Below, one piece after another: positions 27,956-43,020 of a stretch of DNA of 64,000 nucleotides (position 1 is the first letter of the stretch; each line of letters starts with the position of its first letter). The translations under genes were made by a program, and so were the position numbers. The stretch is taken from positions 374,852,001-374,916,000 of the forward strand of contig OZ024743.1 of assembly GCA_964016885.1 (NCBI GenBank), given 5' to 3'. The stretch comes from Eledone cirrhosa. Its lineage: Eukaryota. Under the pieces are notes generated by a model. That model searched no databases. It was given only the letters and a program-made list of their open reading frames with translations, and was not told where the DNA came from.

Positions 27956-28546
27956 GACAATACTTTATATGTACTTTAAGATGAAAGGCAAAGATGACTT
28001 CCGTGGGATTCGAACTCAGAACATAAAAGCCCTATCACACTACAAAAACAAAATCTTTTACAAGTACAAGAGTCCTAGAACTGTCTAAAGTCTGTCTCAA
28101 GCCTTCTTACTTCAAATCCCGCCGGTGATGGTAGAATACGTACTGGAGTCTACGTAATCGACTTTCCATTCACCAAACATTTCAGGCCTTGTGCCTAGAC
28201 TAGAAATCATTATTGTTATTTTATGTATATTATTTATCTTATTTATTTATCTATTCACATATCTGTTTATTCTTTAAATTATTTCATGTTTTTTCCTATT
28301 TTGTTTTTTCATTTGATAATGGAATTTCAGTTCAAATAATAACAGTCGGCAAAGACTGTCTCGTTCTATAAGTCGTAATGAACGAGATATATCTTATTGA
28401 ATTAGAAATAAATTTTTCATTGGAGAGAAGCGGAAAATAAGCGCAATTTACTGAAAGATATAATGCGGTGCAAACGACAATAATACTCAGCATAGATATT
28501 TAATGATTACAAAGTAAAATATTTCCCAGGAGAAAAAAGACATATA

Positions 28547-28582
<36 letters not shown>

Positions 28583-28810
28583 TGTATGTATGTATGTATG
28601 TATGTATGTATGTATGTATGTATGTATGTACGTATGTATGTATGTATGTATGTACGTATGTATGTATGTATGTATGTATGTATGTATGTATGTATGTATG
28701 TATGTATGTATGTACGTATGTATGTATGTATGTATGTACGTATGTATGTATATATATGTATGTGTGTATGGATGGATGTACATATTTATGTATAATATAT
28801 GTATGTATAT

Positions 28811-28866
<56 letters not shown>

Positions 28867-29374
28867 AGAGAGAGATAAACAGACAGTCAGACAGATAAAT
28901 AGATAGTCACAAAACACACACAACATAAAGTAAATCAAGTAAAAAACAAACAAAATTAAAGGATATTACAAGAATTTTCAATTTCCATTTGCACTTAAAA
29001 CCGTTTTGCATATGTTTGGAATGTAATTGGAAATGGTGGTTAATACTTGTGTACCTGTAGGGTTTACTTTGTCTATTTTGTATAATCTTTAACAGCTGTG
29101 GCTTTTAAATAGTAATATTATAGGAGCTGTAATTGTGGGATTTGCATGTATTGGTGTACGTGAAATGAGGGAAGATTAAGCTATTTTTTTTGTTTTTTGC
29201 TTCTATGTTGAAGTCTGAACCTCATCTATGTATTTATATGTGTATGTAAATATGTGTGTATGTATGTATGTATGTATGTATATGAGTATGTATGTATGTA
29301 TGTATGTATGTATGTATGTATGTATGTATGTATGTATGTATGTATGTTTGTATGTATGTTTGTATGTATCTAAA

Positions 29375-30145
29375 AATGAGAAACCTCATCGCTAGAACAG
29401 CTGTTAAAACAGATAAGTGCTGGGTAAAATGCCTCAGAGGACAGAGACCAGCGGCCAGTGGTCAACAGAGAGACAATCCACAAGGTGGATGACAGGCGGA
29501 TGAAATATAGAAAAGATTGAAAGAGGAAGAGGCGGTCAAGAGGTGTGTTGGCATATGAAAGTAACTGGAAGAAGGTAATAAAGAAAGGCGACGTACAAGA
29601 CAAGTTTATACACACACATCTTCACCCTTATCAGCTCTCAAACCAGCAAAATGGTTTCACACGATTTAATTGAGAGTACCATTTTAAAATGCTGGATCGT
29701 GCAACAGAAAAATATATCTTTCTGCTGGTATGATGTGTGTGTAATAAAACAAACAGCACAAATAGAAGGACGAAAGAAAACAAATAAAATAAAATGGGAT
29801 AATAGACCTCAAGATGTGGTGTTTGTCCTCAATAGAAAGCTAATCATAGCTATGATATAGTTAAAACAATGTTGTCTGTAATTGAGATGAAGCGAGCGTG
29901 TATTTGAATACATATAAAAATGAGAAAACTCGCTAGAACAGCCGCAAAAAACATCTATATGCTGTCAAAGAGAGCGATGGGCAAACATGCCTCAGAGAAC
30001 ACAGACAAGCGGCCAGTGGTCAACAGAGAGACAATTCACAAGGTGGGTGACAGGTAGAGGAAATATAGAAAAGACTGAAAGAGGAGGAGGAGGGCAAGGA
30101 GAAGTGTGCTGAAGAAGGAAATAAAGAAAGGCGATGTACTAGACA
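29375..30145. repeat. Diverged direct duplication (~230 bp)
   Basis: 29375-29605 versus 29916-30145 share gcggccagtggtcaacagagagacaat and flanks. Confidence 0.75.
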
Positions 30146-30326
30146 ATATATATATGATTTTTAATTTTTAAAATTTTTTATTTTACGTCTTTCATATAAT
30201 TGTTCTGCATTCCCCTGCATAGAACCACAAAGGTACTAAGACATAACATATATATTTGCTAGCATAGGTGAACATCTGTACACATATTTTGGTAAATGTA
30301 CTAATTATATATATATATATATATAT

Positions 30327-30518
30327 ATAGGAAAAAGTATGACCCCGACGGTAGAGCTCAAGCCGTTTCGACGGCTATTTCTGGACTGAAATAGCCGTCG
30401 AAACGGCTTGAGCTCTGCCATCGGGGTCATACCTTTTCCTATTACCCACTCTACTACCCTAAGTATTGAGTTCTCTGGTGCGTTATGGTCCATCTGGTTC
30501 CTTACCACAATTTCTTTG

Positions 30519-30520
<2 letters not shown>
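30327..30520 (+). mobile_element. Fold-back element plus tail in (TA)n
   Basis: 55-bp arms 30327-30381 / 30388-30442, tail to 30520; same family as 46953-47143. Confidence 0.8.
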
Positions 30521-30573
<53 letters not shown>

Positions 30574-31035
30574 CGTGTGTGTGTGTATATATAGGTACAT
30601 ACATACATATAAATTACAGACAATTTTTCCAGACATACTACCTCTGAAGACTATAGCATCCAATATGTCCTTCATTTTAAAGACAGTATGGTCTAATCTG
30701 ATTTAAATTTGATTCCTGGCTGCTATTTCTGGCTGGTCATCTGTCACGCTTGTCACGTTTACTGTCTTATCTAATCAAAATGCAGCAGAGATGTTATTGG
30801 AAAGTGTATCTTTCTAAAATGTTGGTCGCCTTAGTTAAACTGATAGGATATTACTAAAATTAAGCTTGTGAGTATGACAAACACTTCAGCCATATTAGAT
30901 TTATGAAGATAGATGGAAATAGAGGTGCCGTCTCTCTAAGACACAGAGAACGATACTTGATAGAGAAGAGGAGAATCTCAATATAGACAGATATACATAT
31001 AAATAGAGATTCACAAAGACACCACAGACGCATAT

Positions 31036-31078
<43 letters not shown>

Positions 31079-31222
31079 TAGAGATTCACACAGACACCAC
31101 ATATGCATATATATACATAGAGATTCACACAGACACCACACTCGCATATCTGTATATATGTGTATATATATTATATATATATTATATATAAATATATATA
31201 TGCATATATATATCATATATAT

Positions 31223-31300
<78 letters not shown>

Positions 31301-31314
31301 GTATACATATATAT

Positions 31315-31356
<42 letters not shown>

Positions 31357-31398
31357 TTATATATATATATATAATATACATGTATATATATATACATG

Positions 31399-31450
<52 letters not shown>

Positions 31451-32697
31451 TGTCTGTGTCTGTGTGTGTATGTGTGTTGATATATATATATCAAAGGGAT
31501 TCGAAGTTTGACATCACAAATCTATGAATCTATTTCTAATATATATAACGAGGTATCTAAAGAGAATTACCAAAACATCTACTGGAATATTAATACAATC
31601 ATGGTTTCTTCTGGGGTTTTTTTTTATTGGTTTTTTTGTTAATTTTTTGCTTCCATTTTCTTTTCTGAAATACATATATGTCTTTGGAAATGTCTGCTCT
31701 ACGTTATGTTACTTTTTTTTTCGCCTTTTTGTGGGGGGCGAGGGGTCTGCTGTAATATTGCTTGTGTGTTTTTGTATGTTTGTGTTTGTGTGTATGTATG
31801 TGCTTGTGTGTGTGTGTGTGGTGTGTCTGTATGCGTTTGTTTGTGTGTGTGTATGTGTTTGCGCGTCTGTATGTGTTTGCTTGTGTGTGTGTGTGTGTTT
31901 GCGTGTTTGTATGTGTTTGGTTGCGCGCGCGCACGCGCGCGTGTGTGTGTTTGCGTGTCTGTATGTGTTTGCTTGTGTGTGTGTGTTTCTGGCAAGCTGT
32001 CAGATTTCTTTTTAATGCGAGACATTCAATAACATCGCCATCGTTTCTCAGTACCGCTATGGAGGACAAAACAAATAAACCAAAGTTTGCTTGGTAATCC
32101 GTCATAATGTGGTTTTGGAAATGGGTGGGTGTGGAGATTTACCCTAAATGAAGTATACCATTTATTTTTATTTCATTTGGTTCAGTGATCAAATAACGCT
32201 GATATTTGTCTTTACCTTCCATCCAGTATTACACTAGTACCTATACCATCGAATATACTCTATACTCACCCTGTTCACTGCTATGCTCTGTGTCGAAGCA
32301 AGAAATCAATATGATATTACAGGATACTGTATATGGCTAAGAACCATTCTGAAAATTAGAGAATATATGTATGTGTGGGTCGTGTTCTTGAGCCAGGCAC
32401 TTTATTTCACGCTGTTCCGGGTTACTCAGCTGTAGAAACACGCATTGCCAGGACTTCTGCTTCGGAGGGCAACTTTCTACGTGCAAATCTCATGGTCGTC
32501 GGATAGAATATTTTGCCGTATTTGTTCTAGCTCTGTCTGTGTGTACTCTGAGATCAAATCTCGCCGAGCTCAACTTTGCCTCTCATCCTTTCGCGGTCGA
32601 TAAAAAATGCTACCAGTTCAGCACTGAGATCGATTCTTCCTCTGTATCTCTTTATCACTTTCACTAATTCTCTCTCTCTCTCACCCGCCCCCCTCTA

Positions 32698-32740
<43 letters not shown>

Positions 32741-32772
32741 AGATCAAAAGATGGTTAAAGGAGTTCCATATA

Positions 32773-32839
32773 TTTTATTATGCGCATTTCAAAAACAAAC
32801 ATCATCAAACAATAATATTTGTGTTTTCATCAGATAAAA
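32773..32839 (-). ncRNA. Minimal type I hammerhead ribozyme
   Basis: Reverse complement: ttttat CTGATGA aaacacaaatatt..gatgtttgttttt GAAA tgcgca TA ataaaa. Confidence 0.8.
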
Positions 32840-34046
32840 CAGGAGAACATGATATGAAGGCTAAAAAACACTTGTTGATAGTGCAGTTTTAAATCAACAT
32901 ATGAAAAGTGGTTTTAGATTGATGTGTGATATTGGGAAAAATATTTTATTTAGAGAGGGGGGTGGGAGAAAAGGATGAAAAGGGAAGGAGATGAGAGGGA
33001 GAGATGGGTGATAGAGAGAAGGAGATAGTTTTTATAACTGAGAGGAGATATATTTTATATAGAGGGGTTGAAAACCGTTGGAAGATACTGTATAAATTAA
33101 AAATTTTGAAAATTAACGAAGGGAGGATATGTGCGAGGAAAAAATATTTTATTTAGGGAGGGGGGGGGGTTGGAAAGGATGAAAAAAAGGGGAGGAGATG
33201 AGAGTGAAGGTGGAAAGGGAGAGATGGGTGATAGAGAGAAAGAGATAGTTTTTATAACTGAGAAAAAGATATAATGTTTTAATATAGAGAGGTTGGGAAC
33301 CGTTGGAAGATAATGTATAAATTAAAGGAATTTGAAAATTAACGAAGGGAAATTATGTATGAAGATAGAGAGAAAAAAATAATAATTGTGGGTGAATATT
33401 CTAACGTCAAAAGAAGAAATGTATGTATTGTGGGAATTTCAAAATTAGCAAAGAGAAAAAAAGTTTATGTGTAGAAGGATTTGAGAAAAATAATGTGAAG
33501 TTAAAGTTTGTATATTGAATTCATATGTATTAATAATGAGTTCGTTGATGGGGAGAAAAAAATAATAATAAATTAAGGATGAAATTGAGATTAAAAAGAT
33601 TTATGATAGAGAGAAAAAATAATAATGATTGCGGATGAATACTCAAAATGTCAAAAACAAATGTTATTGTTTTACGAGAAGATAGAATGAGGGTAATGAG
33701 TAAACGAGTATTATAGAGTGTATAATGCCCTTTAAAGTAAGGTAGATGGGTATATTTTAAAGAATATATGAGTATATATTAAAAAAAATATAATAATAAA
33801 TTAAGGATGAAATTGAGATTAAAAAGATTTATGATAGAGAGAAAAAATAATAATGATTGCGGATGAATATTCAAAATGTCAAAAACAAATGTTATTGTTT
33901 TACGAGAAGATAGAATGAGGGTAATGAGTAAACGAGTATTATAGAGTGTATAATGCCCTTTAAAGTAAGGTAGATGGGTATATTTTAAAGAGGTGTATGT
34001 ATATGTGCCTTTGAGAAAAGATTCTAAATTGATAAAGAATTGAATA

Positions 34047-35490
34047 TTAACTGTATACTTTGTGAAAAGTTCTATGGAATTTATGCAGGCAGATAGAAAA
34101 CAAATCTGAGCGTCTATTTATTATGGATTCTAGGTTAGAGATAATGGTAAATTTTTCATTTAGGCAGAGATTACAGATTTTAGATAGAGAGCTGTTCAAG
34201 TATGAGGATGCAGAAGAAATCTTTTTCCAAAAGATGTTATATTTAATGTTTTTGTCTTTTAAGGACCATATGAGTTCTGAGAGAGCAGTGTTAGTTCTTT
34301 TAAGTTTGTATTTGAAAGATGAATGATGATTATAGAGACGAGCTTTAAAAGAGGTGGAAGTGGAGCCAAAATAGGTGAAGGAATTGGTGCTAGTTATAAT
34401 TTTACATTCATAAATTAAGTTTTTATCGAGGCAATGGTTGTTGAGAGGACATTTATTTTTAATGCGGCAGTTGCAATTAGAGAGATTATTAATGAGTGAT
34501 CTAGTGTTATCTATAGAAGGAATTGGATTGGAGAAGTTGTTTGCGATAGGAATAATAGGAATAATAGTTTCTTGATTTAGAGTTGGATTATGAACATTTA
34601 GCGAAGTTGTGTTTGACGTTGCATTTGGGTTTACAGAAGTTAGCCTAGGGTTTACAATGACGTCAGGAGTACTATTACTGTTATTATGAAATTCAATATT
34701 GGAAGGAAGAGATTTAGTATTTAATATTTTGTTGTTGTGTTTAGAGATGATGTTGGAAATATTGGAGGATGTAGAATACGAAAATTTGATGGTGTGTTTG
34801 TTAAATATTTTACTATAGATATGTGAGGGAGGGAAGCATTTATTTAAGGCACTAAAAAATAATTTAGGAATATTGTTATTAATAGAGATGGAGAAAGGAG
34901 CATTATACCAGATTATGTTTTTGTATCTAGGTCTTTTATTAAAATTATTGGAATGGTCATGATTAATTATTCTACTGTAAGTTTTCCTAGAATTTGTTTC
35001 TTTATTATATTTGATTTTATCTGGATAGCCGGCTTTAGAAAGTGCGTTATTATAGTAATTGGCGTTAGCATCAAAGATGTTTTTATTAGAAGATATGTTA
35101 GATATTCTATTTCCAATATTATTAACTATAGCATTCTTGATATTGGTAGGATGGTTAGATTTAAAGTTAACATAATTAAGATTCTCATTGTTTTTATGGT
35201 AAGGGTAATATAGGCCAGTGTCAAGATTAAGAGATACATCCAAGAAATTAGCTAGTTTGATACTATTATCAAATTCAATTTTTAGGTTATGTTGGTTAAA
35301 GAGATTACGTATATTGTTCTTAATAATATTAAGTTTAACTATATTGCAATTTAGGATAGTAAAGAGTCCATCGTCACGATAAATTCCACCGCGAAGTTGA
35401 GGAATTTTCCGACTCAAAGAGTTCAAAATGAAGATACCAATTAAATCAGTCAATTGGGATGAATCGGATGCTCCCATTGTGATGTCGAAT
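34047..35490 (-). CDS. PLE RT (C-terminal half) plus GIY-YIG endonuclease
   Basis: FDITMGASDS, GIYRDDGL, NFLDVSL, SNHP, IIWYNAPFS, CNC..CPL..C..NLIY..YFGST..FKAR..H, CNLCLNEK. The ORF-track N-terminus upstream of ~35490 is microsatellite. Confidence 0.88.
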
Positions 35491-35956
35491 ATATATATAT
35501 ATTTCTTTCTTTCTATGTCCTTCTTTCTTTCACTCTTTCTCTTTCTCTTTCTCTCACACATACTATCTCTCTCTCTTTCTTTCTTTCTCTTTCTCTGGAA
35601 GAAATTGGGTGTGGTTCGCCTTGGAGAGGGGATGGACTTCGCCAGATTTAAAAAGCAATATATCCCCCAAATCGCAATATATCACTACGGTGCCCCAACA
35701 ACTTCACCGGGAGTTACTGTTTCAAACATATTTTGTAGACCTTGGAAATATAAAAGTCAGCCACATTGGTATTTGAAATAGGAACGTAATATAACAGAAT
35801 GTTTTAAGACATTTTCTGTTAGATTCTATTCATTGTGCTACCTACAGCAGTAGTATACGCATCTGTGCCTATAAATATTGTGTTGTCGATTAAGTTTCCA
35901 GCTAATCAATTTGATGCCTGCCATTGGATGAATTTCAAAAGTCGTTATATCGTAGT

Positions 35957-36110
<154 letters not shown>

Positions 36111-37080
36111 AAAAAACACTGTGCTTCAAAAACACGAGCGAACATCTGACAAAAATATATTTATGAACTGCATTGAGTTTAGATATTCAAAGATAATTTA
36201 TAGACCGAAGTTTTAGATTCAATTACGTAACCACTTGGTTTTAATAGTGTTATTAATGTGCAAACAGGACATTAGGTTTCATTAAAATAAATGGGATTTC
36301 TAATACTTTAAAACAGAATACAAGTGACAGAAATCAATACTGAGATTCAGAAAAATTTCAGAAAAGTTACAAAAACACTTAAACAAACAAACACAAAAAT
36401 AAAAGAACTGGTGCTAGGATTCACATTTATAACTAGGTCCATATATATCCATGACATCCGTAGTTAATTCCGTAAATATTATATTTTTTATTATTTTACT
36501 TGTTTTGAGTTTAAATCCTGCCTAGGTTAGCTTTGCCTTTCATCCTTACGGGATCGATAAAATGAAGCACCAGTAACGCACTGGAGTCGATTTAATCGAC
36601 TTTCTCCTCCTCCAAAAATTGTTGGCATTGTGCCTAAATCAAAAACCATTAATTTACTAACTTTTTATTGCACTGAGGCCATGCTGGGGCAACGCCTTGA
36701 AGAATTGTCTTCTGCCATAGTATCCCCAGTTCTTATTCCCAAGTTTGGTACACGTTTATCGGTCTCCATTTATTGAACCATTAAATTACGGTACGTATAA
36801 ACCAGCACCGCCATAAGTATAGACACGGACGCATATACCAAACACACATTCACGCACACTTACATATAAACATACGTACAAACATGATAATGGCTGCATC
36901 TCGATTTCGAATAATGCCATTGATTGATACTTCAGCATGGGTATCACAGACGTGGCCTTTTAGTCCTTCGAGAACATGCATATGACCAGCCATGTCATAC
37001 ATCGCTAAAAATGTCACATATCAAGCGATGCCTGTACTTGAAGCTTTATTTTAAGTGAAAGAAGGCTTTGTGTGTATAAT

Positions 37081-37142
<62 letters not shown>

Positions 37143-37174
37143 ATTAATATATATATATATAATTAATATATATA

Positions 37175-40100
37175 AACCTTATATGTCTCGAAGAAAAGTA
37201 CATTGTTCAAGAATGTGACAAACACTTTAACAAGAAATTAAGGTGGCTCAAACAGATGAAATTAAACCAAGAAACTTCAGAGAATAGCGATAAATATCCA
37301 GACAAGATTGATGGTATATACATGGCCGACATCTCATTAACAGATGAATTCAACAACAACAACACAAATATATACGGCAACACTGCAGTCGACTCTGATG
37401 AATTATCGATATTACAGCTACCACCTAAATATGCCATTTATAATAAGGTAAATATAATAAAATGCTTGTCAGAAATAGAAAAATCATTTACAAAATTACG
37501 TTGGAGCCTCAAAAACAAAAATAAAAGTAACAACATACGCACACACACATACAACACACATCCCAACAACAACAGACACACAGACACAAACAACGATAAC
37601 AACAACACAAACATCAACAATAATAACATACTCAGAGACAACAACAGACACACATACACAAACACCAATAACAACAACACACACACAACAATAATGACAT
37701 ACACGGAGAAAACAACAACAACAACACACATCGACAACAGCACACATCAACAACAACACACACACATTCTATGCCTCTCACCACCACCACAATCATAACA
37801 TACACATAGACTCAGAAAACAAGTAATGACAGAAACACAGAAGTAAGGGAAGGTAATGGGATTGAAAGGAGAACGGAGACTATCGATACTGACAGAGAAA
37901 ATAACCAGGACCAACTCACATACACACAAAATAGAGTAGATAATAACAATGAAACAGAGGAAAGAGACATAGTAATAATGAGAGACATATAAACAACCAT
38001 GAGGATGTTGGTGGAAATAGAAATAGAAACAACACAACTAACAATAACAATAGCAATAGTACACATAAAGCACCAGCCTGGAATTCTACTTTTTATAATC
38101 CGTCCGATATGTCCTTCGACCTACGACGAGTCCACGCCACGACTTTAGCTTTTAACAAACGCACGCAATTGCCGTCGCAAGTCGATGAACAAACAGCAGC
38201 ACAATTTAGTATAGCTAGATCTAAACTTAGAAATATTATAGAACAGTATAGCAAGAAGCAAAATAGAATGGAAGCCCAGCAACTGGGAGAAAAATCTGCA
38301 AATGGCTTGCGTAAGCTCATGCAGCGCTCGCGTAATGTAGAGATTGCATGCTTTCCAACAGACAAGTCAGGCAGAATGTCGGTTGACAGTCTGTCAAACT
38401 ACATCCAAGCAATGCAACCCCACATTACTAACACAAGAGAAGTAACACCACAGGAGCATAAGGATAGGGAGAAGACCCTCAATGCCCATATGATGATGTG
38501 GACAAACATAATGCAGCCCAATAAAAGAACTGCCAACAACTTCCAGGCCTGGAACAATGACGTTCCAGCGTTGTATGGGTTTCGAAAAGACCATAAAACG
38601 AGCAGTGACCCTGTCACAGGACCACCAACACGGCCAGTCTGTGGGGCTAACATTGCTAGTAACTACAGACTTTCCTAATTCCTCTCCCTGATCATAATCC
38701 CCATCATTGAAATGTCCCCAGATATATGTGACAGCACGGAGGTCCTCCTCAGCAGAATCAGCGAAAATAACCGATCTAGGGACCTAACAAACTGTATAAT
38801 AGGTAGTATGGATGTTGTGTCCCTATATCCATCCATTGACGTGGATTTTGCTGTGGAGAAATGCGTAGAAATGATCAGTGAGAGCAATGTTGAATTCCGT
38901 GGGATTGATACCAGTGAGCTGGGACTCCTACTTAAACTTACCTATACTAATGATTATCTAGATACATATCACCCTGGCAACCTGTGCCCTACAAGACCAG
39001 CAAGAGGTAGACCATCTACCATTACCTCAATGACCAAGAAAACCCACACAGAAAGATGGAACGGGTGGACCAGAGCCATACGGACCCCTGAAAACCACGA
39101 TGAACTAAAGAAAATGATTGGTGTGGGCCAGTATAAAATTAACCCTTAAGGAACATATGTTCAAATTTAATGGAAAAAAATATGCCCAAGAGGAGGGAGT
39201 AGCCATTGGTGTTAGCATTGCAGGTGACATAGCTAACCTATTCATAGTAAGGTGGGACAATAAACTTAAACTTAAACTTAAAGAACAATTAGAAGACAGC
39301 AACCTCTTAACCCTGATACTGTACTCCGGCTACGTTGATGATATAAACATCGTAGTAAAAACACCCCCACTAGAGAACAGTCAGGATTAGAGAAAAACAC
39401 CATGGAAAGCATCCAGCAAATAGCTAACTCCATCCACCAGAGTATTAGAGTTACTATAGACTACCCAAGAAAACAGCCCAACCATCGATTACCTGTACTA
39501 GACACAGATCTCTGTTTAGAAACCATTAATAACAAAAAACAAATCCTCCATTCCCATTAGGCCAAACCCATGACTTCCAAATATCTGATCCACCGAAACT
39601 CAGCTGTTTCGGATCACACCAAAATCAACATACTGATTGCGGATTTGGTACGGTAGATGAGAAACGTGTCCCGCATGTGCAACCCCAAAGAGAGACACAT
39701 ACAACACTTCATCCACCGTATGCAGTTCTCTGGTTACAACCAGAGAGATAAAATCAGAGTATATAGAGGAGCCAGAACCAAATGGGAAAAAATGGTAAAT
39801 AATGATACAAATGGGACCTGCCCCTTGTATAGGAGCAAATTTTGGAATAGAATAGAAAGAACTAGGAATAAGGTTAATAGAATAAACTCATGGTATGATA
39901 GCAATAAATACCAGAGTGTAATGTTCATCAATACAACCCCTAGAGGTGAATTAGCTTACAAATTTAGAAGGGTCCTAGATAAACATAAACTTAATATTAA
40001 GATAGTAGAAAGGCCAGGTACCTCCATAAAAACACTTATTAGCAATACATACCATTTTCAAAGACCTCCCTGTATAGATAAGAAATGCATTATCTGTAAA

Positions 40101-40975
40101 CTAAGCCCCCATATTAACTGTAAAACTAGAAATGTAGTATATAGCATAAGATGTACTGAAGGACAATGTAAAGATAAGAATATAGTGTACATAGGTGAGA
40201 CAGCTCGTAGTATAGGAGAACGGTTAAATGAACACTGGCGAGAACTTCAAGATAAAAAAGAATCATCAATACACCACCAACATGCTAAAATAGAACATAA
40301 GGGGAAATTAGAGAACATAGAAATAAAAATAGAATCTACACACAGAAAAGACGCAATGTTTAGACAAATCACAGAGGCAATAAACATAAATGAACTCCAA
40401 CCAAAATTAAATAGAAAACATGAATGGAATAGCAACATCACAACTTACAATTAAGGACAAAATGAAAACACACACAGACATAGAACAAACAACCAACCAG
40501 TAACATGTAAATAAACAAATAAATGAACAAATAAAAACACACATGTGTTACATCCAGATGTAACACATGCGCAAACTAAGCACACAACACAAACAAAAAC
40601 AAGATGGCGTAGGACAGAACATGTAACACATGCGCAAACTAAGCACACAACACACACAAAAACAAGATGGTGTAGGACAGAACAAAGGAGAGGCACAAAA
40701 CAAAGAAAAGAATCCCCAGTCACTGAAGAGGTCACAGAATGTGTGACGAAAGAACTTTGACAATATATGAACAACCTTCCTGTTATGGAACCAACCAACC
40801 AACCGGAAATTTATAAATTCTTAAATTTATAAATTTAATTTATAATAAATTGGAGTGAAAGCAATTGGTGCGTGTGTTTCTTATTGGCGACATGACCCTC
40901 CCAAAGCATAACAATATCGGTTTCAACACACGTTTTCAGATAAAGAATCTTGCTAAACAAATTCAGAAACGAAAT
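37175..40975 (+). mobile_element. Near full-length degenerate Penelope-like element (Neptune/Nematis-like), flanked by (TA)n
   Basis: Collinear fragments: LPPKYA (37256), PTDKSG and RKDHK..RPVCG (38109), GSMDVVSLYPSI (38712), GVAIG and YVDD (39118), LPVLD, Cys linker, NVVY..YIGETAR..R..EH (39657); several stops and frameshifts. Confidence 0.88.
40719..40761 (+). ncRNA. Minimal hammerhead ribozyme in the pLTR (one extra nt after the core)
   Basis: gtca CTGAAGA g gtcac agaatgt gtgac GAAA g-aa-c TT tgac. Confidence 0.65.
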
Positions 40976-40987
40976 ATATAATTATAC

Positions 40988-41022
<35 letters not shown>

Positions 41023-41030
41023 TATATATA

Positions 41031-41086
<56 letters not shown>

Positions 41087-41094
41087 TATATATA

Positions 41095-41142
<48 letters not shown>

Positions 41143-41150
41143 TATATATA

Positions 41151-41231
<81 letters not shown>

Positions 41232-41444
41232 AGAGAGAGAGAGAGAATGAGAGAGGGAAAACTTTAGTATGTCGAGTAATGGCGGCGTGTTACCATTATT
41301 AATAAATATAGTATTAACAGATGTACACAGTTACAAATGACAAACACAGACAGCTACATCTTTATATATATACATATAGTGTGTGCGCGTGCGTGTATAT
41401 GTGTGTGTGTGTGTGTGTGTTATTAGTGTTTTTATCGAGTTATA

Positions 41445-41660
41445 GAGTGGATTGGCAGTGTCGGTAGAGGATAGGACGCCATGCTTTGTAGCAAAGAGTT
41501 ACGGCCCTTTATGATCTGAGTTCAAATCCCGCCGAGGGTAACTTTGCCTTTCATCCTTACGAAGTTGATAAAATAAACTACCAGTCACGCACTGGGGTCG
41601 ATTTAATCAACTTTCCCCTACCCCGATATTGCTGGCCTTGTGCCTATATAAGAAACCATT
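41445..41660 (+). mobile_element. SINE, major family
   Basis: gtggattggcag head, gagttcaaatccc B box, Meta-like core. Confidence 0.8.
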
Positions 41661-42312
41661 AGTGTATTTATAGAGTATAATAAACTGAAAGAGCTATCAG
41701 TTATAAAGTACTTCTGTAAACTAGATGTAACAATATATACCATGTACATGCCAGACATATATGAAAATGTTTGCAATGAACAACACATTTATTTCAAGAC
41801 CACTTACCCCCATAACGTGTGGCCCTTTTGAAACAATGTTTAACAGACGGAAACCCTTCTGACGCCAACCCTTTTCTTCGCCTCATACAACACACAGGTA
41901 TACGGTGTACCTATTCTAAACCAGACATATGCAATCTTATAGAAATATTTCTACATGGGATAGAAAATTAATGAATAAGTCAATCAATCCTGATCGATAT
42001 ACAAATATTTATATTCTAGGTTGACGACTAATCTGTGTGCCTAGAGTTAAACAATCTAGCTATTGTTCCCTGTAAACATATACGTATAAAAAACAATCCA
42101 CGCACGCATTCAACTACATATAACTATTTTAATGGTGTAGCTCTTCCTCTACAATGGCCTTCCTTGAACATAGAAAACAAACACGAAGAAAAATTAGCTA
42201 CTATTACACCATTCATATAACTTCATGTAAATATGTGCGTAAGTGTGCATATGTACTTGTGTGCATGCATGTGTATGTGTGTGCATGTGTATGTATGTGA
42301 ATGTGGGCATTG

Positions 42313-42369
<57 letters not shown>

Positions 42370-42801
42370 GATGTGTATGTGTGTCATAATGTGTATGAGT
42401 GGGTGCAGTTATATGGTATGTCAATTGAACTATGAAACAGAAGAGCTGGCGAGTTCGTGTAAATAGTTTGTAGTTTACAAAACAACCCACACTAAAATCA
42501 ACGAAGACAATTTTGGTGATTTACGCCGTAGCTTGACATGTTAAAAATAGCAGCTATATCTTCCATCATATCTCCTCGTTATTCTTTTTCTTGAAAAGAC
42601 AGGTTCAGCGCGGAGCAGCCCATGGTGGTGTATGATATATGATATATATATATATATATACACATACACACATAAATACATACACACACACACATATATA
42701 TATATATACACATACATACAAACATACATGCATACATACATATATATGTTTGTGTGTGAATGTGAGATTGTGTGCGTGTATGTAGGTATATATATATATA
42801 T

Positions 42802-42855
<54 letters not shown>

Positions 42856-42872
42856 GTGTGTGTGTGTGTATG

Positions 42873-42930
<58 letters not shown>

Positions 42931-42975
42931 TGAAAAAGAACAAAGGAACTATTATGACATTATAACAAGTTTATT

Positions 42976-43020
42976 GCCGACAGCCGTTTCGTCCGACCAT
43001 ATGGTGGGACTTTTCAAGGC
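42976..43020 (-). ncRNA. Hammerhead ribozyme, U3-A8 core variant
   Basis: Reverse complement: gcc TTGAAAA gtcc caccatatggtc ggac GAAA cggctg TC ggc, then AATAAA and a tail to (TA)n. Confidence 0.75.

Larger units (their letters stand above)
32736..35490 (-). mobile_element. Naiad-type Penelope-like element, 5'-truncated, TA tracts at both ends
   Basis: RT-EN ORF, 1.3-kb 3' UTR with internal tandem duplications (~32920-33360, ~33555-33990), hammerhead near the 3' end. Confidence 0.85.

Noticed and set aside
34047-35490. Selenocysteine recoding as reported for some Naiad PLEs
   Set aside because: No in-frame TGA at conserved Cys positions in either Naiad-type endonuclease.
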